A stretch of DNA of 63,808 bases, filler included, from Octopus bimaculoides (lineage: Eukaryota): the NCBI RefSeq assembly GCF_001194135.2. It is 5 parts of 5 records of this genome, joined end to end, with 100 filler letters (N's around TTAATTAATTAA, not from the genome) between each part and the next. Parts side by side here need not be neighbours in the genome. Positions count along the whole stretch, not along the records: positions 47,061 to 51,206 come from NW_026407744.1; positions 51,307 to 58,763 come from NC_068986.1; positions 58,864 to 63,808 come from NC_068999.1; 2 more parts are not named here. The stretch is one strand, 5' to 3'. Of the stretch, positions 48,977 to 62,974 are shown piece after piece. A program made the position numbers and the translations under genes. The notes beneath the pieces are model-generated. The model did no database searches. It was not told the origin of the DNA and was given only the letters and a program-made list of their open reading frames with translations. Position 1 is the first letter of the stretch. The number at the start of each line of letters is the position of its first letter.

Positions 48977-49470
48977 TGGCTGAATTGTTAAGAAGTTTGC
49001 TTTGCAATCATGAGTTTCTGTGTTCAATCCCAATCCGAGGCAACTTGACCAAATGTGCTTATTATTACCTCTATTGGCTGATTGGTTAAGAAGTTCGCTT
49101 TGAAATCTCCAGTTCTTGTGTTCGATACTAGGACATATCCATTTTGTCATAGACTCTCTAGCTGAACGGTCAAGAAGTTCGTTTAGCAATTATAAGCTCG
49201 CACGTTCGATCCCAATGCAAGGTAACTTAGCTAAATTTGTATATCAGAGCTGGTTGAATGGTCAAGAAGTTAGGCTTGCAATCTGAACTCCGCGTGTTCG
49301 ATCCTACAGCGAGGCGCTTTGGATATATGTATTTGCCATAACTTTTATTAGATGAACGGTCAAAAAGTTAATATTACAATCATGAGTTTGCGAGTTCAAT
49401 CCTATTGCAAAGCATCTTGAACAAATGTTTTTGGACACCCCAAACCTTGTGAGTGAAATTAGGTGAGTGA
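48977..49470 (+). repeat. Array of five degenerate tRNA-like SINE heads (A and B boxes)
   Basis: A-box-like T(G/A)G(C/T/A)TGA(A/T)(T/C)(G/T)GT(T/C)AA(G/A)AAGTT at 48977, 49075, 49159, 49251 and 49349, each followed by GTTC(A/G)AT(C/A)C. Confidence 0.7.
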
Positions 49471-49874
49471 CGACCCATCCGGTCGATTGCAACTGTAACT
49501 CAAGGCTGTCATGCTGATTCGGTTACGGAATTACGTTAAGCTTACATGTGTCTGTCTGTGGAATATTCAACCGCTTCTACGTTTATTTAACGAATCGGTC
49601 GTCCAGTTGATCGAGCAAATGAAAGCTCATCTTCGAATCCGACGGAAGATCTATCAAGTTACGACACCTTGACATCGTTCCAGCGAGGAACCCCATATGC
49701 GATCTCTTAACCTGCAAGATATAGCAGTCAAATCTCACTCAATCACACCCTACCGTCTTAAAATGAAAGCCCATGCAGCGTAACCACCTTGAAACTAAAC
49801 AACAAAAGCAACAACAAAAGAATCAAACACCACACTGTGCTTACACTACTACAGCCGCCACCGTTACCACCACC

Positions 49875-49906
<32 letters not shown>

Positions 49907-50945
49907 CAACAACAATAACAACAGCAGCAGCATCACTACCACCACCAATATCACCACCACATCAGTACCACTACTATCATCATTAACACTNNNNNNNNNN
50001 NNNNNNNNNNNNNNNNNNNNNNNNNNNNNNNNNNNNNNNNNNNNNNNNNNNNNNNNNNNNNNNNNNNNNNNNNNNNNNNNNNNNNNNNNNNNNNNNNNNN
50101 NNNNNNNNNNNNNNNNNNNNNNNNNNNNNNNNNNNNNNNNNNNNNNNNNNNNNNNNNNNNNNNNNNNNNNNNNNNNNNNNNNNNNNNNNNNNNNNNNNNN
50201 NNNNNNNNNNNNNNNNNNNNNNNNNNNNNNNNNNNNNNNNNNNNNNNNNNNNNNNNNNNNNNNNNNNNNNNNNNNNNNNNNNNNNNNNNNNNNNNNNNNN
50301 NNNNNNNNNNNNNNNNNNNNNNNNNNNNNNNNNNNNNNNNNNNNNNNNNNNNNNNNNNNNNNNNNNNNNNNNNNNNNNNNNNNNNNNNNNNNNNNNNNNN
50401 NNNNNNNNNNNNNNNNNNNNNNNNNNNNNNNNNNNNNNNNNNNNNNNNNNNNNNNNNNNNNNNNNNNNNNNNNNNNNNNNNNNNNNNNNNCACCACCTTC
50501 CAACAATAAAAGTGCAAAATTTTGCCTGAGGTTACAAAATACAAAAATTTGATAAAAACAATGTAGAATTAGTGTAAAATTTATAAATCAATAACTCGCA
50601 AATGCACACACGCATACATACACACGTATACACACACACGTATACACACACACACACACATACACTCACAAACGCACGCACACACACACAGACACATACA
50701 TACACGTGCGCGCACACACACACACGCATACATATATATATATATATACACAATATGGTTACTGTAAAACATATCTATAGACACAATAGCAATATGCGTG
50801 TGTCTGTGTGTGTATTCATACACACACTCAAACACAACCTTACAATTACATGTACACATTCATACACATAAACATAAATACACATGCAGCTAGCATAAAT
50901 GGAAACATATGCATACACACACATTCAAACATATTCACATAGAAA

Positions 50946-50999
<54 letters not shown>

Positions 51000-51306
51000 C
51001 ACACACACGTGCAGTTATTCACATACAGAACCACCGTAAACATGGACACACTCACATAGAAACATAGACATACATGCACCACCTCTTCGTACAAAGGAAC
51101 ATATATACACATGCACACATTCATAGACAGACATATATACATATACCTGCAGTTATTCACACATCAAAATATATATACAGATCCACACATTCATATACAG
51201 AAACACNNNNNNNNNNNNNNNNNNNNNNNNNNNNNNNNNNNNNNNNNNNNTTAATTAATTAANNNNNNNNNNNNNNNNNNNNNNNNNNNNNNNNNNNNNN
51301 NNNNNN

Positions 51307-52260
51307 ATCTTGTGCAACTTTAATTCCACAAAAGCGTTCTATAGAGGATTAGTGGAGGGGAGGTGCGACGACGATCTCGGGCAGAATCTGGGCGTTGACG
51401 AGGAACACCTGACTCGCCTGTTCAGGACAACGTTCGGGCCGGGACCTATGGACAACCACCAGAAATCCCTGGCCTGGCAGTGCTATCGAGAAGTATTACC
51501 CGTTCGGGATAAGCTTAACAGGCACGGTTCGAGACACACCGAACTGACCTGCCCGAGATGCGGTCAGAGTGACGAAACCGTTCTGCACGCACTGGTGCAG
51601 TGTCCAAAGATTTCCGACCTGTGGGCTCATGCCGAACGGCTGCTGTCACGTGTCGGACGAGCCCGCTTGTCAGCCGAGTCTATTGTGCAAATTGCTCCAC
51701 CACCGTCCCTCAACAGGGAAGGCAAGGCGGTGTTCATCATACTGGTGGCCATGGTGAAAGAATGTGTGTGGTGGACCCGAGGGAAAGGATTAGAGACGAA
51801 AACTTACCTCTCTGGCCAATCGTTCATCAACATTTTCAAGTATCACTTGAAAAGGAAGGTGAGAATAGAGAGACAGTTTTTGTCTCGTGAAAGTTTCATT
51901 AAAAGGTGGGTGAATGTAGCAAAGATGGTGCGTGCGAGTGACGATACCTCTTTGAGCATGATCCTATAAATCGAGAAAAAAAAGAGAGAGAGAGAGAGAG
52001 CACTTTGCTCTCATGTGTCTATTCCCTACTGAGGTTACCATGGTCTTTTCCGTAGGCTTTTTCTCTCCATGGATAAACCTAATGTTACCCCATTTTACAC
52101 AATTGACATTTTCTGTGATATACGAACCCCCACTTTTTTTGGCCCCTACCGATCCCTTTTGATCGGATTTGTTTTTTTCTTCTTTTTTTTTAAAGAAAAG
52201 CTCTACAGTTGTATTTGTTCCCTCTCTGTGCAGCCCTGTGCGGCTAATAAAAGAAAGAAA
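51307..52260 (+). mobile_element. Tx1/L1-clade LINE 3' end: zf-RVT-type ORF2 C-terminus plus 3' UTR, followed by (TACA)n
   Basis: Uninterrupted ORF of about 219 codons to the stop at 51967-51969: SLAWQCYREVLPVRDKL...CPRCGQSDETVLHALVQCPKI..LW...KECVWW.R. AATAAA near 52246, then an A-rich linker and (CATA)n. Confidence 0.9.
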
Positions 52261-52302
52261 GTTACATACTTACATACATACATACAAACATACATACATA
52301 CA

Positions 52303-52334
<32 letters not shown>

Positions 52335-52706
52335 GATATGGATAACATGAAAAGCAAATCTAATCTATAAAAGCAGGGAAACAGAACTCTCAGATTTCGT
52401 ATGCAAAAAAAGCGCGTTTAAAGATACTACGCCAGTTAGCGCTACATACAACTAGGGTGCATATTCTAGACATTCGTCGAACGACATATCCTTGATAATT
52501 TTATAGTCAGTGACGAACGAGCCTGACGACCATAACCAATTCATCAATTTATCATCCGATTAATTAATAAATTAACTGAGAAATTTCGCTACGTGATAAT
52601 AAGACAAAGGTAAATATGTTCTTAGTCGTTTTTGTCAGGATGTCCCTCGAAAATTGCAGTATCTTTTTAATGAAGGCTTCACATTTCGAGTATTTGAAAT
52701 AACATG

Positions 52707-52950
52707 TCCATGGATAAACCTAATGTTACCCCATTTTACATCTCCATGGATAAACCTAATGTTACCCCATTTTACATCTCCATGGATAAACCTAATGTTA
52801 CCCCATTTTACACNNNNNNNNNNNNNNNNNNNNNNNNNNNNNNGTCCATGGATAAACCTAATGTTACCCCATTTTACATCTCCATGGATAAACCTAATGT
52901 TACCCCATTTTACATCTCCATGGATAAACCTAATGTTACCCCATTTTACA
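52707..52950 (+). repeat. 36-bp tandem array (TCTCCATGGATAAACCTAATGTTACCCCATTTTACA)n, three units on each side of a 30-N gap
   Basis: The unit is identical to 52064-52099 in the Tx1 3' UTR. Confidence 0.95.
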
Positions 52951-54159
52951 CACTCGCGGTGCCATTCGCCGAGCCTAGGTCTCTGTTTAATCCGCAGGCA
53001 TCCACACACCCATACACTTAAAAATCCACATACACACAGACTTATATTCCGTACATAATATTCCTCTCGCTTAATGAGATGTAATTTCAGTACTAAGCTT
53101 GTTTTCTTTTCTACCTGCATCTCTTAATACTATCTATTCTTTATTCGAAATATTATCAGAGAAAACGCTATATCCTTATCTTCCACTTTCGTCGGCTTAT
53201 ACTGTTATTGTACTCTTCCTAGATAATTATTTTCTGCTTTATATTTATCACCTGTACATCTATGTAATTCCAGCTGTCTCTTACACGAATTGTATACATT
53301 TTTTAAATAATTTCACACTTTTTAGATATTTGTGTTTTTTCTGTCTAAATATTTATGTACATATTTGTCCATATATTTATTTGTACCTCTATATACATAA
53401 GTGTATGTGCCGGTGTGTGTGCATGCGTGTATGAGCGTGTGATAAATTAGTGTTATTCTAAAACTTATCTAAGGATACCACGAGAACGTTTGCTTAGAGG
53501 GAATCTCAATATTGAAAGTAAATCCACCTCTAACATGAAACTCTGTTTAACTGGGGTATAGGGTTCTGTCTGACGGTGTATTCGATCAGGAGAAATCGTT
53601 TGTTCCTGATTACGACATATGAAAATGATGAAAAGATTCATTAAATAGAATGACGTGCTCATGTACTCAACTACATACTCAATACAAGGATTTTTTAAAA
53701 ATATCATTCGCAACGAAAATCTGATAATAGTATTCAAATGTTACAAAAAACAAATTGAATTAAATTTATGAGAAGTCAGAAGTGGAAGGTAAAGGAAATA
53801 ACAATATAAGAAAGCAAAGAATAATATACAAAACAAAAATATGAGAAGAAATAATAATTAAATAAAATGTTATTATGTTGTTATATCTCTGAAATAAACT
53901 ATTTACACTAAGGCTGTAAAGATTATTTTTATACATTCATACAACTAAGTTGGAACTTTAGCTATATTGTATGAGAAGATTTGTTAATTTTTATGTATGC
54001 GTGAATACGTGTTGTTTACTAATGTAGAATGTATTCAGAAAAATTCTTTCAATTTATGATAGACTCATAAGAATTTATGTTTAATTTTGTATTATTTTTA
54101 AATATATANNNNNNNNNNNNNNNNNNNNNNNNNNNNNNNNNNNNNNNNNNNNNNNNNNN

Positions 54160-54206
<47 letters not shown>

Positions 54207-55181
54207 GTGTGTATATATATATGATATATATATATATATATATATACGTTAATGTATTATGTACAGCATGTTTAATAAATCGCAGTAAACATATATTAGT
54301 TAACTCTGTCCATTTCATTGTCTGTGTGTACTCATGGCAAATGCTTTGTATCCTTTGTGTCTGTATATGTAACTCATTGAAGTCGTTTAGTATTGGAAAA
54401 CAAAAATAAATAAATAAATAAATAAATAAATAAATGAAAGAGATAATAAAGAAAATGAAAACTTGAAATAAAATCAAAACAAATATCGTATATGGTGTAT
54501 GATATTTGCATAAATGAACTTTAAAATATAAGAGCATGCTTATAAATATATTTTAAAAAATTGCAAATATATAATTTAAGTCTACACCCATACGTAACTA
54601 AATCCATATTAAATCTCGATTGAAATATACATAAAAAATCAGTTAATTGAAAGCAAAATTTGCCCGGTAAATACTTAATCGTGGAACAAGTCTTTGTTTT
54701 TTACTTATACATATTAGAACATTCGGTTGAGTGCGATATAAATTATTAATTCATGCAAATATGTACGAGCAGTATAAAATGAATACATGTATGAACAAGT
54801 GTAAATCTATGGAAACTATTTCTTAAAGTCATTATCTTACTAATTTAACTTCAATACATTATAAATATGAACGAAAATATTTCCATTCGCATTCACACAT
54901 ATATATATATATGGATGGGTACATATACAGACAATCGACATACGAGTACTTATCTACAAGCGAATATACATATACTTCTGCGGCCATATAGTTACGTACA
55001 AAAGCTAAAACTTACATGCAAATATCTACAAAATTTTCAAATGCATAATTATTCAAGAAGTCGAGTAAGGACACACAAAATGCATACATATTTAAAAGTA
55101 TCTATCTATCTATATATATATGTATAGACACACACACACACACACATACACACACACACACACACATACATACACACACAT

Positions 55182-55216
<35 letters not shown>

Positions 55217-55314
55217 CATATATGTATATTTATATAGATATATCTAAATATATTGTGTGTATATATATTATATATATATCACATATTATATAATATATAT
55301 GTATATATATATAT

Positions 55315-55373
<59 letters not shown>

Positions 55374-56478
55374 NNNNNNNNNNNNNNNNNNNNNNNNNNN
55401 NNNNNNNNNNNNNNNNNNNNNNNNNNNNNNNNNNNNNNNNNNNNNNNNNNNNNNNNNNNNNNNNNNNNNNNNNNNNNNNNNNNNNNNNNNNNNNNNNNNN
55501 NNNNNNNNNNNNNNNNNNNNNNNNNNNNNNNNNNNNNNNNNNNNNNNNNNNNNNNNNNNNNNNNNNNNNNNNNNNNNNNNNNNNNNNNNNNNNNNNNNNN
55601 NNNNNNNNNNNNNNNNNNNNNNNNNNNNNNNNNNNNNNNNNNNNNNNNNNNNNNNNNNNNNNNNNNNNNNNNNNNNNNNNNNNNNNNNNNNNNNNNNNNN
55701 NNNNNNNNNNNNNNNNNNNNNNNNNNNNNNNNNNNNNNNNNNNNNNNNNNNNNNNNNNNNNNNNNNNNNNNNNNNNNNNNNNNNNNNNNNNNNNNNNNNN
55801 NNNNNNNNNNNNNNNNNNNNNNNNNNNNNNNNNNNNNNNNNNNNNNNNNNNNNNNNNNNNNNNNNNNNNNNNNNNNNNNNNNNNNNNNNNNNNNNNNNNN
55901 NNNNNNNNNNNNNNNNNNNNNNNNNNNNNNNNNNNNNNNNNNNNNNNNNNNNNNNNNNNNNNNNNNNNNNNNNNNNNNNNNNNNNNNNNNNNNNNNNNNN
56001 NNNNNNNNNNNNNNNNNNNNNNNNNNNNNNNNNNNNNNNNNNNNNNNNNNNNNNNNNNNNNNNNNNNNNNNNNNNNNNNNNNNNNNNNNNNNNNNNNNNN
56101 NNNNNNNNNNNNNNNNNNNNNNNNNNNNNNNNNNNNNNNNNNNNNNNNNNNNNNNNNNNNNNNNNNNNNNNNNNNNNNNNNNNNNNNNNNNNNNNNNNNN
56201 NNNNNNNNNNNNNNNNNNNNNNNNNNNNNNNNNNNNNNNNNNNNNNNNNNNNNNNNNNNNNNNNNNACACACACACACACACACACACACACAAATGCGC
56301 CCATACGCACAAACACAGATGCACGTAGTCATGGCTGCCAAGAGGAATTTGTTTGAAGGCAAAGAATGATTTACAAAAAAATTTTTTCCTAAATTCTATA
56401 CGGAATACCATGGAAACATATTGCAAGGAAAGCAAACAGATCCATCCCGCACCTTTCCCATTGAACTCTCTCTGCCTG

Positions 56479-56578
<100 letters not shown>

Positions 56579-56759
56579 ACCATCTATCGGTCTCTCTGTT
56601 TGTCTATCTGCCTGTCTTCTTGCGTATCTGCGTGCCTGCCCGTCAGTCTATATATGTATTCACTTACTGTAAGAAATATGTGACTGTGCGCTGTGTTCCA
56701 TTAAATAAGTTCAAAATCACGATATATGTAAGCACAAACAAACAGATACAGTATATATA

Positions 56760-56790
<31 letters not shown>

Positions 56791-56831
56791 ATGTATATAT
56801 ATAAGGGTGGGTGTGCTTATATATGTATGTG

Positions 56832-56868
<37 letters not shown>

Positions 56869-57517
56869 NNNNNNNNNNNNNNNNNNNNNNNNNNNNNNNN
56901 NNNNNNNNNNNNNNNNNNNNNNNNNNNNNNNNNNNNNNNNNNNNNNNNNNNNNNNNNNNNNNNNNNNNNNNNNNNNNNNNNNNNNNNNNNNNNNNNNNNN
57001 NNNNNNNNNNNNNNNNNNNNNNNNNNNNNNNNNNNNNNNNNNNNNNNNNNNNNNNNNNNNNNNNNNNNNNNNNNNNNNNNNNNNNNNNNNNNNNNNNNNN
57101 NNNNNNNNNNNNNNNNNNNNNNNNNNNNNNNNNNNNNNNNNNNNNNNNNNNNNNNNNNNNNNNNNNNNNNNNNNNNNNNNNNNNNNNNNNNNNNNNNNNN
57201 NNNNNNNNNNNNNNNNNNNNNNNNNNNNNNNNNNNNNNNNNNNNNNNNNNNNNNNNNNNNNNNNNNNNNNNNNNNNNNNNNNNNNNNNNNNNNNNNNNNN
57301 NNNNNNNNNNNNNNNNNNNNNNNNNNNNNNNNNNNNNNNNNNNNNNNNNNNNNNNNNNNNNNNNNNNNNNNNNNNNNNNNNNNNNNNNNNNNNNNNNNNN
57401 NNNNNNNNNNNNNNNNNNNNNNNNNNNNNNNNNNNNNNNNNNNNNNNNNNNNNNNNNNNNNNNNNNNNNNNNNNNNNNNNNNNNNNNNNTACATATATAT
57501 ATGTATATATATATATG

Positions 57518-57549
<32 letters not shown>

Positions 57550-60189
57550 TATATTTACATATATATATTTGTATATATATATGTATATATATTTGTATAT
57601 ATATAAATAGATATACATATATATATATACTCATATACATATGTATATGTGTATATGTGTGTGTGCAAGTATATGTCAGTGGTGAGTTTGTGTGTGTGTT
57701 TGGTATATTTAACCTATCTTTAGTAAGAAATCTGCGTAGACGCCAGAGAGACTTTCATGAATGGAATATCGTGTACAATTATTTCTTCGTGGGTTAAAGT
57801 ACATTCGACTCAAATTAATTAAGAAGTCCTGCATGCCTCTTTATTAAGGTTCTACACCCAATGCTGATTTGTCACTCGGCATGTTTGACTGAGCATGTAC
57901 ATACAAAAAATATTGAAAGCAACGTTTAAAGCTAACAAATCTAGAAAAAATAACATTTTATTATTTAATAACATTTTATTATTTAACGTATGCTTATCAT
58001 CAAAACAAAACAGACAATTAAAATTACTCTACTTATAAACTAAACAATGGAATTTGTCATATTGAATCAGAATGAAGAATCAATTCAGTAGAAAGAGCAC
58101 AGAAATTAAATAAAACTGCGTGCGTACTATTCAACTTACAGTTAGCTATACGCATATATCACATAGATATGCATAAGTAAACAAACACACATGCAAACAT
58201 ACACACTATAAAAGACGGGAACAAATCACAGACGTTCACAAAGGCACAAGCTTCCCAAATACATTGTTCTGGGTTCAGTCCCTGTACGTGGATTCTCGAA
58301 CATTTGTCATCTATTATATTTCCGGGCAGAACAAAAATTTATGAGTGGGTTCGGTAGAAGGTTACTGAAAGAAGCCAATCGAATATCCAGGTCATATATA
58401 TTACTCACACACATACACACACCCACACACACACACACACACATACACACACCCACACACACACACTCACACACACACATATATATTCATCTAAGTGTGT
58501 ATGTTTGTGAGTGTCCTCTACCACCACTTGACACCAGATGTTGGCTTGTTTACATATTCATTAATTATTGGTTCCTCAAAAGAGAATGATAAAATAAGTA
58601 CCACACTTAAAATAACCAGCAATGAATTTTATTACCAAAATCTTCAAGGCTGAAAGCGGTGGTGTCCCCGTATTGTCGCAGTTGAATGATTGAAAGATGT
58701 AACAATTAACATACAGAAAAAAAAAAACTTAAATGAATTCTCAAGAAACGATGAAAACATAATNNNNNNNNNNNNNNNNNNNNNNNNNNNNNNNNNNNNN
58801 NNNNNNNTTAATTAATTAANNNNNNNNNNNNNNNNNNNNNNNNNNNNNNNNNNNNNNNNNNNNGACATATATCTATTTTTTACAATTTACATACATATGC
58901 AATTCATACACACGTATCTATGTTAGAACATTATTTTATATATATTAATTCAAAAATAGATATTTTAAACTTGACTACTGGAATGCAGGGGAGGTAACTA
59001 TTAAGCGTAAACAGCTGTAATTAATGAGATATATTGTTTGTATAAAATATTTAGATTGAATTGAATATATAATTGTTCAGTTTATTGTTTTGTTTTTCCA
59101 TTTCTAATATATATACATACATATTTTGTGTATGTGTGTCAGTGTTTACCCCCACCACTACTTGACAACAGTGTTGGTTTGTTTACATCCTTGTAACTTA
59201 ATTCAGCAAAAGAGAATAAATACCAGGCTTGAAAAAACAAAAGGCACTAGGGTTGATTCATTCATCTAAAAATTCTTCAAGGTGGTGACCCAACATGGCC
59301 AGAGTCTAATGACTGAAACAAGTAAAAAATAAAATGTGTCTCATTGAACATCTTTCTATGTTCTCATTGAATGTGCTTTTTTTCATTTTGTTGAGAGTAA
59401 AACTGTTTTGTACCTGTTAATAATCAGACATTTGTAAAATAATGTTGATGCTGGATAATGTTGGCTTCAAAGCAATAAATATAGACCTGCTTGAGTATTT
59501 GGCATTCCTCTATCTGTTCTGTCACTGAATGTGTATTATTTACCTGTAGCATCTCTGGTATCTTTCCAGCTTATGGAGATGATGCCTATAACTTGTCCTT
59601 TTATAGGTAGTTGTTACATGCTGTCTTTTAAACAACTCTTAAAATAGCTTGTCTTAGACAACGGTCTTTTAATACTTATCTTCTCAGACAACTAAAAGTT
59701 GCCACATTCTATCCAGTGAAGGATCTCTTGATCAATATTAGTGTTCTGTGTTACCTTACTACTGAGATGTTGGAAGTGCTTCACATTTTCCACCATGTGT
59801 GTCCATGTACCTCAATAACTGGACTAGATTTCTATTTGTTGGCTACTGATTTATGTAAAATTTTTGAGTTAGACCAGTGTTTTCATGCTTTAATGAAAGT
59901 GTGGTTTTGCTGATAGCACTAACTGTGATAGCCTGTCTTCTGAAGTTGAATTACTGAAGGTAGTGTTGTAAGTATACATCCTACATGGCTGGTACAGTAG
60001 GTGGTGTGTAAGTGTACAACCTACATTGCTGATAACCTAGGTGGTATTGTATGAGTGTATAGTCTATACTGTAATGGGTTGTGGAAGTGAAAAGCGTACT
60101 AGTGTGGGCTGAAAGATTCATAGGCTAGCTATGAAGGAGTGATGCTAAAACTGTGAAATCTTGCATGCATTAATTTCAGCAATAATCTG

Positions 60190-60925
60190 GATGTCCTGCA
60201 ACTGTCACCACTGAGGAAAATATTGATCGTGTTCACTACATTGTTATGGATGACAGGCGATTGACTATAAATCAAATAGTTATTGCTATAAGCATATCCT
60301 GTGAGAGAGTTAAGAATATTTTGCACAATGAACTTAGCATGACACAGGTTTCTGCTCAGTGGGTGCCATGTCTTTTGACACCTGATCAAAAGTGCACTAG
60401 GCTGATCACTTCACAGGAAAATCTGACATTGTCTAAGGCAGATCCAGCTGGTTTCCTTGACTGTTTTCTAACCCAGGCTGAGCATTGGCTTCTCACTTTG
60501 AACCAAAGACAAAGAGACAATCTAAGTAGTGGAAAAATCCCTCCTCAACTGTTCCAAAGAAGGCCAAGGTCATTTCATTTGCAGGGAAGGTAATAGCCTC
60601 AGTTTTTTGGGATGCAAAGGACATTGTGCTTATTGACTATCTTCAAAAGGGCCTCACCATCAATGGAGTGTGCTATGGCAACTTGCTGAGGCAGCTTTGA
60701 AAGGTGATCAAGACCAAACACTCAGGACTGATAAAAGAGGTCTTGTTTCATCAGGACAATGCTCTGGCACAGAAGTCCTTGGTTTCAATAGCTGCTGTGC
60801 ATGACTGGCTTTGATCTAGTTGAACACGGTTCCCTTTCTCTTGATTTGACCCCATTTGACTACCATCTTTTCCTCAATATGGGAAAACACTTGGCTGGAA
60901 ACCAGTATTACAGTGATGATCACAT
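60190..60925 (+). mobile_element. Degenerate mariner (DD34D) transposase, depleted in CpG
   Basis: GCPATVTTEENIDRVH..VMDDRRLTINQI...ILHNELSM.QVSAQWVPCLLTPDQK...KAKV..AGKVIASVFWDAK.IVLIDYLQKG.TING..Y..LL.QL...VLFHQDNA...DL.PFDYHLF. Confidence 0.9.
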
Positions 60926-61227
60926 ATTTGCTATTGCTACTAGTTACTTTTGAAGTCTACTTGGAACAGTCAGATATCAGTTTACCTGGAAAAATAAACT
61001 GCCTGAAGCTATAGTTGAAGACACTTGCCCAAGAAGCTGTGCAAAAGGACTGAACTTAGAACCATGTAGTTGGGAAGCAAGCTTCTTACTACATAGCCAT
61101 ACTTGTTACTTCATTCTATCACTTTCTTTTGCTGAGTTGCTAAATTTTGGGAACACACTCACCAACACCAGTTGTTAAGCAGTGTGAATGAGGGGACTAA
61201 CACAGACCCAAAGATGCACACACACAC

Positions 61228-61268
<41 letters not shown>

Positions 61269-61487
61269 GCCTCTTTCAGTTTCCATCTATTACATCCACT
61301 TACAAGGCTTTGATTGACCCAAGGCTATTGTAGAAGACACTTAACATGCATTGGGACTGAACTTGGAACCATTTGATTAGGAAACAAATTTACCATTCAG
61401 CCATACCTGTGCTGTATATATTTAGATTTATGTATGTGTATGTATATATGTCTATATATTTTTATCTATATACATATAAAAGAGAGC

Positions 61488-61533
<46 letters not shown>

Positions 61534-62275
61534 ACATATGTTGCTTATGCATTTGAAAACTGAGGTGCTGATTTTGATGTATAGGGTATTAAAAGATTCA
61601 GTAATCTTTCAGCTACCAATTAAACTTTATTTTCATTTACTTATTTTCTACATTATCTCAACACCCAGCTATTGTTATTTGAATGACACTTTCAATTTGA
61701 ACCAGAATTACAAAGTGTTGCATTATGAGAGTGATGATGTGTGAATAATGAAAATAATGTTTCTCCGAATTAGTCAGATTTGTTCTATAATGAAGAAAGC
61801 TGCTCATCATCTATCTGTATATAAAGGCTAACATATAAACTATGTTTTTGGCACAACTCTTTTTTCACTACTAAAATAACCTCAGAAATTCGGTTGGGTT
61901 GCACAATTTTGAGGTCATTTTGGACAGTATTTCGATTTGCTTCTGTTTCACTTTTGGCCAATGTTTCACGCATGGTGAAAATTCTACCCAGATAAACATT
62001 TATGAAAATGTACACATAAATATTGTATTAAAATAAGCCACAACCCCAAAAATATCATTAAAAGACATCCATTTCTTTATATGTTATGAAGGAATACAGT
62101 CACTCTCTCTCTCTCTCTCTCACATGGACACATACATACAAAAAAGATGTATACATATGTATTTATGTATGTGTATATGAAAGAAAATGTGTGTGAGGGA
62201 GAGAGAGAGAGTGAGTGCCACTTACACATACATGCAAAAAAAATACATACATGACAACACACTTTCATTTACTCA

Positions 62276-62324
<49 letters not shown>

Positions 62325-62537
62325 GCACATGCACACACATGTCCATTTCATATACATGTACCTACATCTTTCACTTTTTCCTCTCTTTCACTTTCTGCTC
62401 TCTTTCAATTTCTCTCTTTTTGAGCGTAAAGAAATAAAGAAGTTTTACAGAAATTAACAATCATATGATCGACCATATGATAGAGTTGACAACTTTGCTG
62501 CACCAGACGAAAGAATGCCATAGAATAACTTCCTTTG

Positions 62538-62582
<45 letters not shown>

Positions 62583-62974
62583 GTAAAACTTCTGTACAAA
62601 TTGTTATTTCTTGCTGTGTGCATGTGCAAAATTTCAACTGAAATCCAATTGAAATCACCTTTTTCTAATCTGTAATTCGTGTTTGTGATGAACATAGTTA
62701 AAAACCTGATCTTCGATATAAACTTAAAAGGAAATTTTTGCAGATATCCTGTCCTTTACCTGTTTCTAGCGTATCTGATGTAACATTTGCACCTCCTTCC
62801 TTACTTTTTTCCTAAATTTCTTCCAATTCCTGTTTTTGATAGAAAACATGTTCTCAGTATTTTAATTTTTTTCCCTCCCCACCCCAATTTCTTCATTTTT
62901 TAAACTTTTTCCCAAACTTTTTTCTCAGAGAAAAAAAAAAACAGAGAGAACAAATCTTTAAGAATTTTCTTCTT

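Noticed and set aside
52707-52950. CRISPR-like 36-bp direct repeats
   Set aside because: The units are contiguous with no unique spacers, there are no cas genes, the context is eukaryotic, and the unit derives from the Tx1 3' UTR at 52064-52099.
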